From contig NC_014033.1 of NCBI RefSeq assembly GCF_000025925.1, positions 2,280,001 through 2,312,000 of the forward strand: a stretch of 32,000 nt of DNA. Reading direction: 5' to 3'. The DNA is from Xylanibacter ruminicola 23 (lineage in GTDB: Bacteria; Bacteroidota; Bacteroidia; Bacteroidales; Bacteroidaceae). Positions within the stretch are counted from its first letter, which is position 1; each line of letters starts with the position of its first letter. Made by a program: the position numbers and the translations under genes. Below the pieces are notes generated by a model. It was given only the letters and a program-made list of their open reading frames with translations. It had not been told where the DNA came from and ran no database searches. Below, in pieces: positions 16,005 through 22,239 of this stretch.

Positions 16005-16700
16005 TTAGTACTTCTTGTTGTTATCAATCAGGAAGTGGAAGTTCTCACCATCCACGGGGATATCAAGAATCAGGTACTGCGTATGAACGGATTTAATAGC
16101 AATAAAGCCCTCGTGCTCCGAGTAGTTGAAGATGGTATTGGCTCGCCAATAGCCTTCACTGATGCGAGCCTTCTCCAACTGGCGTGCATCTTCGGCATCC
16201 TGTATGCGACGATCGCGACGTACATCATTCCAGTATTCGGTTCGCTTATCATTTGTACCAATACTCTCTACGCCAGCCACAACCAACTCGCCAATAAAAT
16301 CACTCCACCACATCGTTTTGGTTCGCTTCTTACTATACTTCTCAGGGGTGTAAACCACCAGCTCATCTTTGTCGAAACCTAAGGTATCGCCCTTAGCTAA
16401 GAAGCGCTCTGTACGATAGCGAGCCGACTTCGAGTTAATGCCAGGGATAGCATAGGCATATGCCTTAATCTTCTTAGGTTCGAACACAAAGTCGTGACCA
16501 CTCTCGTTGATAACAGTAATGTTTGGTTCAAAGATGCCGCCTTCGGTTGGATCCACCACCACAAGTATACCATTGTGCGTGCAATAAAACACATGGTGAT
16601 CGTTCTTAACGAAAGTCTTGTACTCCTTCGTATCCTGCTCGGCCATAGCGCCTACACATACAAAAGCCATCAACAGGCTTGATATCAGTTTCTTCATCAT
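16005..16700 (-). CDS. Hypothetical secreted protein or lipoprotein
   Basis: 231 aa. N-terminal signal peptide MMKKLISSLLMAFVCVGAMA. I recognise no family. It has its own promoter-like box and a downstream hairpin. Confidence 0.65.
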   Translation of the reverse strand: MMKKLISSLLMAFVCVGAMAEQDTKEYKTFVKNDHHVFYCTHNGILVVVDPTEGGIFEPNITVINESGHDFVFEPKKIKAYAYAIPGINSKSARYRTERFLAKGDTLGFDKDELVVYTPEKYSKKRTKTMWWSDFIGELVVAGVESIGTNDKRTEYWNDVRRDRRIQDAEDARQLEKARISEGYWRANTIFNYSEHEGFIAIKSVHTQYLILDIPVDGENFHFLIDNNKKY

Positions 16701-16732
16701 TGTAAGTTAGTTTTAATTTGTAATTTCTGCCG

Positions 16733-16740
16733 CAAAGGTA
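16733..16740 (-). promoter_or_regulatory. -7 box TACCTTTG for the 16005-16700 gene
   Basis: The reverse complement of CAAAGGTA is TACCTTTG, about 33 nt upstream of the ATG. The -33 is imperfect (CTTG at 22-nt spacing). Confidence 0.45.
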
Positions 16741-16769
16741 ATCATTGTTTGGCAAAAAGATACAAGAAA

Positions 16770-16791
16770 TCCCCTACCCGTTAGTAGGGGA
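16770..16791 (-). terminator. Hairpin terminator after the 16796-17290 gene
   Basis: 8-bp stem TCCCCTAC / GTAGGGGA with a 6-nt loop, beginning 5 nt after the stop. On the minus strand it is followed by TTTCTTGTATCTTTTT. Confidence 0.5.
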
Positions 16792-16795
16792 ATCC

Positions 16796-17290
16796 CTAAA
16801 TATGTTTTTTAAGTTCATCTAATAATTCCTGTTGCGATAATGTAAGATGGTCGCAGAAAAACGCATCGCAATGAAACTGCAGACCGAGACGACTACCATT
16901 ACGGCTATCATCCTTGTATATCGGATAATACATATCGCGCATTTTCGACATATGCACATACTTAAAATCCTGCACCTCGGTCCATCTAATGATATGGTAC
17001 TTACCCCGTGAGTATATCTGCAAGCAATCTTTTTCGATGATAAGTGCCGGCATATGGTTTACATGCAGGTCTAAATACCGGTTTATCCTTTGCCACAACA
17101 TAGCCACCGACATAATTAAAAAGAAAGCAGCCACCAGTAGCCACAGCCACCAAACCCAGTCGGGATAGTGCCGCAAAGCATCGGGCCCCACCCTTATCAT
17201 TTCTATGCCAAGAGCCATGAATACAACATATTCCACCAGATGTACCACAGCTTCAAAATAATGTTTCTTCTCGTAAATTTCCATTGTCAT
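16796..17290 (-). CDS. Hypothetical membrane protein (2 TM helices plus a cytoplasmic PH-like domain?)
   Basis: 164 aa. Two hydrophobic helices (VVFMALGIEMI, WWLWLLVAAFFLIMSVAML) followed by a soluble ~90 aa domain. The region is A/T-rich, and the gene has its own promoter and terminator. Confidence 0.6.
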   Translation of the reverse strand: MTMEIYEKKHYFEAVVHLVEYVVFMALGIEMIRVGPDALRHYPDWVWWLWLLVAAFFLIMSVAMLWQRINRYLDLHVNHMPALIIEKDCLQIYSRGKYHIIRWTEVQDFKYVHMSKMRDMYYPIYKDDSRNGSRLGLQFHCDAFFCDHLTLSQQELLDELKKHI

Positions 17291-17322
17291 CCTTTGTAAA
17301 ATTCAGTTTCATTAAGCGCTTG

Positions 17323-17354
17323 CAAATATAATGCATTCCCCCGAATCCACCAAA
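17323..17354 (-). promoter_or_regulatory. Promoter of the 16796-17290 gene (-33 TTTG, -7 TATATTTG)
   Basis: The minus strand reads TTTG (17354-17351), 20 nt, then TATATTTG (17330-17323). The ATG is at 17290. Confidence 0.6.
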
Positions 17355-17404
17355 TATTTCGCAAAAAAAACTTATGCGAACTCAAAAATACGTCCAAAAA
17401 CAAA

Positions 17405-17428
17405 CATGGGTGCAATTTTGCACCCATG
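17405..17428 (-). terminator. Rho-independent terminator of the GH2-like/porin/repeat-protein operon
   Basis: Perfect palindrome CATGGGTGCAA-TT-TTGCACCCATG. On the minus strand it is followed by TTTGTTTTTGG. It lies 42 nt after the stop at 17470. Confidence 0.7.
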
Positions 17429-17469
17429 CCCAATCAATCAAAAATTTGATCGGTTATTTCAGCACATCA

Positions 17470-18579
17470 TCATTTCTTAGACTCAGCCTGGGCTTTAAAG
17501 TAGAAGAAATAGAAGCAGGCGGCAAGGAGGGTTTTGTTTGAGGTACCCTTGATGCGACCGATGGTACGGAACGAATCATCCTCGACGGTACTACCGCTCA
17601 TACGTCCTACGGTACGGAAGCTACCATCCTCGAACAGACGACCATCAAAGCGGCCAATGGTACGGAACGAACCATCCTCGATGGTACCATTGCTTCTGAT
17701 ATGACCAATGGTGCGGTACGAACCATCCTCAACAGTACCATCCTGACGAACACGACCGATAGTACGGAATGAACCGTCCTCGATAGTGCCATTGCTCTTA
17801 ATGCGGCCGATGGTACGGAACGAGCCATCCTCAATAGTAACGTTCAGCTCAGCCCACTCTTTCTTGGCAGCTTCCTGGCGGGCAGCACGCTCCTCTTTCT
17901 CCTTGGCGGCACGGGCCTTAGCCTCTTCGGTACGCTTAACCTCGGCCTCCTTCCAGCCCTGAACCTGATTCTTTGATATCAGCGCACCATGGAAGATATA
18001 GGCTACCAGCAGTGGACTAACATGGCCCTCGAGCTGTCCGAAATCGGTACCATAGCACGAGGCACGCAGCTTGGTAACGCTACCTATCACCTCGCCATCC
18101 ATCGATACCTCGTTTGTCTTGGTATCAAGCTTAATCGTACCCAGGTTAGGACTCTCGATGGTGCCATCGTTGCTGATAGAGCCCTTGGGGATACCATTCA
18201 AGCTGGTAAACTTACCTGTGGCAGGGTCGAGGATGTACTTAACCTTCTGGCCGGCAAACTCGCCCTCATCGTAAGTCTGATTAAAAGTAATCTCGAGTTT
18301 AACGGGGTCCCATGTGCCGATGGGGGTGTCACCCCATTTGATAGTGATAGGCTGGCCGCTCTCGGCTGCCTGCGGAATGGTGGGTGTGATGGCTGCAGCG
18401 GCCTTAAGAACAGAGTCTCTACGCTGCTGTGCGGCATCCTGCGCCTTCTCCTGCTTGGTTTTAATACCTGCGGCTTTACGCGCTTTGTTAAGCAGTCCGC
18501 CCCACTGAGCCTGAGCTGGCGTGCTGCATGCAAACATGGCCACTAAGGCCAGTGCAATGAATGAAGTTTTACGGTTCAT
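17470..18579 (-). CDS. Secreted/lipoprotein-like protein with a Lys/Glu/Ala-rich coiled segment and six 16-17 aa EDGSFRTIGR tandem repeats
   Basis: 369 aa. Signal peptide with a possible lipobox (VAMFAC). Residues 210-245 read EAEVKRTEEAKARAAKEKEERAARQEAAKKEWAEL. Residues about 248-345 carry the six repeats. The tail is hydrophobic/aromatic (LLAACFYFFYF). I recognise no family. Confidence 0.75.
   Translation of the reverse strand: MNRKTSFIALALVAMFACSTPAQAQWGGLLNKARKAAGIKTKQEKAQDAAQQRRDSVLKAAAAITPTIPQAAESGQPITIKWGDTPIGTWDPVKLEITFNQTYDEGEFAGQKVKYILDPATGKFTSLNGIPKGSISNDGTIESPNLGTIKLDTKTNEVSMDGEVIGSVTKLRASCYGTDFGQLEGHVSPLLVAYIFHGALISKNQVQGWKEAEVKRTEEAKARAAKEKEERAARQEAAKKEWAELNVTIEDGSFRTIGRIKSNGTIEDGSFRTIGRVRQDGTVEDGSYRTIGHIRSNGTIEDGSFRTIGRFDGRLFEDGSFRTVGRMSGSTVEDDSFRTIGRIKGTSNKTLLAACFYFFYFKAQAESKK
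17545..17838 (-). repeat. In-frame 48-51 bp coding tandem repeat x6
   Basis: The repeats encode (N/D)GT(I/V)EDGS(F/Y)RT(I/V)GR with periods of 17, 17, 17, 16 and 16 aa. The DNA copies differ mostly at synonymous positions, e.g. GGTACGGAACGA(A/G)(C/T)CATCCTC. Confidence 0.85.
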
Positions 18580-18622
18580 AAGTAAATAATAATAGTAATG
18601 GGTTATAGATTAAATAATAAAA

Positions 18623-19885
18623 TTAATAGCACTTGATGCGATACATAAAGCCCAGCTCTATGCGGTTGGAATGCTTGCCACCAAGGGCCGACTCCTTGCT
18701 GTAGTTGATGTTCTGTCCCTGATAGGCCAGGAACACACGCAAATCCTGCGTTTTATCGGGATAGTACTCAATCGCACCTGCCCATCCGATGCTTTTGCGA
18801 TAGTTCTTATAGCGCTCAACCTGCTGCATCGAGGCTGTTTCGTAAGTACCCTTCAGCATCAGGTTCCACTGGGGTGCAAACTGCCAGTTAAGCTTTGATA
18901 TCCAAGTATGGTAATGCACTTTTCCACAATGAAGATTCATTGGTTCATAGGGCTGATATACCAAATTATTGATAGGATAACCATACTCATAGTAATATAT
19001 CTGGGGCTGAAATCTGTCAGCCAAATCTTCGGTGGCGATACCAAGGCGGTCCAGATCGTCGAACTCGGCCATATAATCCACATACCACTGTACTTGGGGC
19101 AGATTAAGTTTCTGACCCAGTGTAATCATACGCGAGTACTTGCCCTGGGCCTCCTTCTGAATACCCCACGCCCAGCGCGTTTGCAACTGATTATCGAAGA
19201 AACTGCCATTCCAGTTGGCAATAAACGTGAGCGGATGGTTGGCCCGCTCAAGGAGGCGGTAATCACCATTATCGATAACCACTATCGCATCGTTGCCATA
19301 GTAATCCTCGAGCGAACCGTTGTGGGCATCGCTCACCATCAGCGCAAACTCCTGCGTTGGCACAGGTTTCAGCGAGAGTGTTACACCCGTTTGGAATATC
19401 TCCATGTGGTCCAGCATATCAGAGTACTGATATACAAACATCGGGTTGGCATCGTACTCGTATCCACCCCATATCTGACTCATTTTTCCCGCCATCAGCG
19501 TTACCTTATCGCTGAAGCTATAGCCCACCATCGCAATATCGGTGGCTTTCGAGAAGTTGTCGGAGCCCTGCGCATCGTTCCTGCGGTTTAAACGGTGGCG
19601 CAAACGATAAAATAGTTTATCAGTAAGGTTGCCCTTCAGTTCCAGGCGCAACTCCTTGTTTGCAAAGCGGGTTTGCCACGAGCTACCCGTGGCCTCACGA
19701 GCCTGAGCGCTGGCGGCATAGTTGATGTAAACATCCAGCATATCGTGCTTTTTCTCGACCTTTGCCAGGCGTTCCATCAGGCTCTGGTAGTCGCCATCCT
19801 CGCCGCCCATACCTGTGTTTCCGCCTTGTGCGTGGCCCGTTAAAGCCACGCATAACAAGGCAAATGATAATAGTGCTTTGTTCAT
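18623..19885 (-). CDS. Outer-membrane beta-barrel porin-like protein (possibly phosphate-selective O/P-type)
   Basis: 420 aa. Signal peptide, then a short N-terminal coiled segment (LMERLAKVEKK), then alternating amphipathic aromatic-rich strands to the C-terminus (ELGFMYRIKCY). The family call is tentative. Confidence 0.5.
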   Translation of the reverse strand: MNKALLSFALLCVALTGHAQGGNTGMGGEDGDYQSLMERLAKVEKKHDMLDVYINYAASAQAREATGSSWQTRFANKELRLELKGNLTDKLFYRLRHRLNRRNDAQGSDNFSKATDIAMVGYSFSDKVTLMAGKMSQIWGGYEYDANPMFVYQYSDMLDHMEIFQTGVTLSLKPVPTQEFALMVSDAHNGSLEDYYGNDAIVVIDNGDYRLLERANHPLTFIANWNGSFFDNQLQTRWAWGIQKEAQGKYSRMITLGQKLNLPQVQWYVDYMAEFDDLDRLGIATEDLADRFQPQIYYYEYGYPINNLVYQPYEPMNLHCGKVHYHTWISKLNWQFAPQWNLMLKGTYETASMQQVERYKNYRKSIGWAGAIEYYPDKTQDLRVFLAYQGQNINYSKESALGGKHSNRIELGFMYRIKCY

Positions 19886-19900
19886 GATATATCGTAATAG

Positions 19901-21442
19901 TTATTCATTGATGTTCAAATCCCATTGATTTCGAACGGCGTTGCTACCCACGGTAATCATCAGAGTTACCTTGCCCTGTGCCTGGATAGAATCGAGGGGT
20001 AACACCACCTCGCCCAGCTGCGGGAGGGTATCGAGCGGCACATCGCCATTAGCCACCAATCCGCCAGCCAGCACCTTGCCCGACTCGTCGGCCAGATAAT
20101 AGCTGGTACGCACACCCTGCAGATTGCCATACATAGCGTTATACACATAAACGGGCACACGCAACGTATCGGTTGCAGCTACCGACTGTGGCAATTTGGT
20201 CAAAGGCACGATGGCACGACAGAACTGGGTAAACTGGCGCAGGGGTGCTTTGTCGGTATCGTCCCAACGGCCATGCAGCACACCACTGAAATCATTCTGG
20301 CGATCGCAGATACCCGTCAGCAGGTAGTGTACGCTATCGCCACTAAGCAGCACACGCTCGATGCCCTGCTTGTAGGCCATCATATCGGGCCCCACAATGG
20401 TACACTGATTAAGCGCAACAGGGGTAAGCACACGATCGTTATACACATAGGTATCCTGCCCCAGCGTTACCAGCACCAACGACGGGTGATGACCATAAGT
20501 ATCGGTCAATCGGTTCATATCAGCCACACTGGTAGCCTCGGGTTGCAGATACATGCCTACCTTATCGGCCGCCGAAAAAGCAGCATCGGGCGGACAGTAA
20601 CCACGAAAACGCACATGGTTTAGTCCGTAGTCGCTCAGGCGCTGCATGATATGCATCCACGTAGCCTCGTCCATCGGCATGCGGCCCCAGAGGGGGAAAT
20701 AATCATCCATCACGCAGCCACGCAGATAAACAGGATGGCGGTTCAGGTACAGTTTACCATCTACCACGCCCGCCTCGCGCATACCAAAGGTGTACTCCTG
20801 ATAATCAGAACCCACGCCAAGGGCCAGACGGAAGATATTAGGATGGAACTCGTCCCACAGACGATTATCGTCCATCACCAGCGCATCGTACTGCATGTAG
20901 CTTCCACGCACCTCGCGCTCATCCACAAAAATCTTAGCTGTATCAACGCCCTCGCGCTGAATCATCGTCTGCACATTGTAGAAGCCAAAGTCGGGCGACT
21001 GCCCGCTTAAGGCGAGCTCGATACCCACCGTACCCATAAAGGGGCGAGGATGCGTACGCACCTTATTAATATATAACCTTCGTGGTTGCGAACGCAGTTC
21101 GATGTTACCCATTACGCCATGGGCATCGTGCCCAGCCACGCTCACCTCGATGGTGTTGCGCTGCCCAGCTACAATCTGTTCGGTAATATCTAACTGATGG
21201 GGATAATTAACCAAGGTATCACTGCCTGCCTCTACCCCGTTAACCTTAACGGCAGTAGCGCCTAACGGACGTTCGAGGAAAAGCACCACCCGGCACTTAT
21301 CCCACTTCTGCGGTACATACACACTCTGACGATACACGGCACCACTGTCGGCATACGCAGATTGGAGCAACCTGACCACATCCTGCGCCGCGGCCTGTAA
21401 AGCAAGCACCAAGAACGCTATGGTAGATATAATCTGTTTCAT
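19901..21442 (-). CDS. Secreted glycoside hydrolase family 2-like protein (sugar-binding jelly-roll plus a shortened TIM-barrel region), possibly non-canonical or inactive
   Basis: 513 aa with a signal peptide. The N-terminus has the GH2 pattern (W..RVVLFLE ... AVKVNGVEAG ... LDIT ... NTIEVSV). YLNRHPVYLRGC and NHVRFRGY resemble barrel strands. HHPSLVLVTLGQDT aligns with LacZ NHPSVIIWSLGNES. Confidence 0.5.
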   Translation of the reverse strand: MKQIISTIAFLVLALQAAAQDVVRLLQSAYADSGAVYRQSVYVPQKWDKCRVVLFLERPLGATAVKVNGVEAGSDTLVNYPHQLDITEQIVAGQRNTIEVSVAGHDAHGVMGNIELRSQPRRLYINKVRTHPRPFMGTVGIELALSGQSPDFGFYNVQTMIQREGVDTAKIFVDEREVRGSYMQYDALVMDDNRLWDEFHPNIFRLALGVGSDYQEYTFGMREAGVVDGKLYLNRHPVYLRGCVMDDYFPLWGRMPMDEATWMHIMQRLSDYGLNHVRFRGYCPPDAAFSAADKVGMYLQPEATSVADMNRLTDTYGHHPSLVLVTLGQDTYVYNDRVLTPVALNQCTIVGPDMMAYKQGIERVLLSGDSVHYLLTGICDRQNDFSGVLHGRWDDTDKAPLRQFTQFCRAIVPLTKLPQSVAATDTLRVPVYVYNAMYGNLQGVRTSYYLADESGKVLAGGLVANGDVPLDTLPQLGEVVLPLDSIQAQGKVTLMITVGSNAVRNQWDLNINE

Positions 21443-21447
21443 GGGCG

Positions 21448-21478
21448 CAAATATACGGCTTTTTTCTGTACCAACAAA
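21448..21478 (-). promoter_or_regulatory. Promoter of the GH2-like operon (-33 TTTG, -7 TATATTTG), implying a near-leaderless mRNA
   Basis: The minus strand reads TTTG (21478-21475), 19 nt, then TATATTTG (21455-21448), then only CGCCC before the ATG (21442-21440). Confidence 0.55.
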
Positions 21479-21494
21479 GAAAAAACAAAGAAAA

Positions 21495-21525
21495 AAGGCA
21501 ATTAGACTTGAAATCTAACTGCCTT
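21495..21525 (-). terminator. Rho-independent terminator after tRNA-Met
   Basis: Stem AAGGCAATTAGA / TCTAACTGCCTT (one mismatch). On the minus strand it is followed by TTTTTTCTTTGTTTTTT. Confidence 0.7.
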
Positions 21526-21530
21526 CTTTG

Positions 21531-21604
21531 TAGCGGGACCCAGGATTGAACTGGGGACCTCATGATTATGAATCATGCGCTCTAACCAGCTGAGCTATCC
21601 CGCC
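21531..21604 (-). tRNA. tRNA with anticodon CAT (elongator Met, or Ile2 if lysidine-modified)
   Basis: Hand-folded cloverleaf of 74 nt. GGCGGGA-TA-GCTC-AGCTGGTTA-GAGC-G-CATGA-TTCATAA-TCATG-AGGTC-CCCAG-TTCAATC-CTGGG-TCCCGCT-A, with a G1:U72 wobble. Met versus Ile2 cannot be decided by eye. Confidence 0.85.
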
Positions 21605-21624
21605 TCATTGCTGATTTGCGGGTG

Positions 21625-21655
21625 CAAAGGTACACATTTTTTTGGAACCACCAAA
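21625..21655 (-). promoter_or_regulatory. Promoter of tRNA-Met (-33 TTTG, -7 TACCTTTG)
   Basis: The minus strand reads TTTG (21655-21652), 19 nt, then TACCTTTG (21632-21625), followed by CACCCGCA. The 17-mer is the same as at the tRNA-Pro promoter. Confidence 0.7.
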
Positions 21656-21672
21656 ATTTTTCGGCAAAAAGT

Positions 21673-21702
21673 TTTGTATTTCGCAGAAAATTTGTAATTT
21701 TG
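21673..21702 (+). promoter_or_regulatory. Promoter of the START-like gene (-33 TTTG, -7 TAATTTTG)
   Basis: TTTG at 21673-21676, 18 nt, then TAATTTTG at 21695-21702. The ATG is at 21748. Confidence 0.55.
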
Positions 21703-21747
21703 CCGCATAAAACAAGACTAAAATTAGTAATTCTAACCCAAAAACAT

Positions 21748-22152
21748 ATGGGAAAGCAGAAAATAGACATCGAATATCCACTGGCCACAACTTCGCCAGC
21801 AATCATCTGGGAACAGATTAGTAGCGCTCACGGTTTGGAGCGCTGGTTTGCCGACCACGTGAACGAAGAGGATGGAGTTTTTACCTTTACCTGGGGAGAG
21901 CCTTGGACAGAACAGGATGTGCGACAGGCACACGTAGTTGACGCTATCAAGCACGACCACATCCGTTTAAAATGGGACTACGAGGACGAGGAAGACGACG
22001 AATCATACTGGGAAATGAGCATACAGAAGAGCGATCTGACCCACAACCTGAATCTGGTGATTACAGATTTTGCCGACGATGACGATATCGATGGACTGAA
22101 AATTCTGTGGGAGAGCAGCCTCGACCGTCTGCACCGTGCCAGCGGACTGTGA
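21748..22152 (+). CDS. START-like / SRPBCC-fold domain protein
   Basis: 134 aa starting from ATG 21748 (MGKQKIDIEYPL). GLERWFADHV, FTFTWGE and an acidic DYEDEEDDESYWE stretch are typical of the small Bacteroidota START-like family (from memory). The track start at 21616 overlaps the tRNA promoter. Confidence 0.6.
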   Translation: MGKQKIDIEYPLATTSPAIIWEQISSAHGLERWFADHVNEEDGVFTFTWGEPWTEQDVRQAHVVDAIKHDHIRLKWDYEDEEDDESYWEMSIQKSDLTHNLNLVITDFADDDDIDGLKILWESSLDRLHRASGL

Positions 22153-22208
22153 AAAGGTGAAAAAGATAAAAATATTATAAATAAGGTGTGATTCTTAATT
22201 TTTATTTG

Positions 22209-22216
22209 TAATTTTG
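22209..22216 (+). promoter_or_regulatory. -7 box TAATTTTG for the LptF/LptG-like gene
   Basis: Matches TAnnTTTG and lies 24 nt upstream of ATG 22240. No clear -33 element. Confidence 0.4.
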
Positions 22217-22239
22217 CAGCCAAAATTGCAAAATAGCAA

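Noticed and set aside
15796-16008. 70-aa plus-strand and 100-aa minus-strand ORFs spanning the tRNA-Pro gene and its terminator.
   Set aside because: They overlap a well-folded tRNA and a hairpin terminator, and have no coding features.
17405-17428. The perfect palindrome CATGGGTGCAATTTTGCACCCATG as an operator or a pair of face-to-face -7 promoter boxes.
   Set aside because: The boxes read CAATTTTG rather than TAnnTTTG. The palindrome is followed by a T-tract on the minus strand, right after a stop codon, which fits an intrinsic terminator better.
15945-17470. A duplicated tRNA-Pro 3'-end (att-like direct repeat) bounding the two orphan genes, which would prove an integrated element.
   Set aside because: By eye I found only a 6-nt AATCCC coincidence (16791-16796). 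No integrase or convincing direct repeat is present. The islet idea is kept only as a low-certainty inference.
17545-17838. Regular ~48-51 bp repeats that might be mistaken for a CRISPR array or non-coding satellite.
   Set aside because: There are no unique spacers. The repeats are contiguous, in frame within a 369-aa ORF, and conserved at the peptide level with synonymous DNA differences. No cas genes are present.
21582-21806. 74-aa and 65-aa minus-strand ORFs and the 5' part of the 21616 plus-strand ORF in the tRNA-Met/START-like intergenic region.
   Set aside because: The region is occupied by two divergent, well-spaced TTTG/TAnnTTTG promoters. The START-like protein aligns from the internal ATG 21748.
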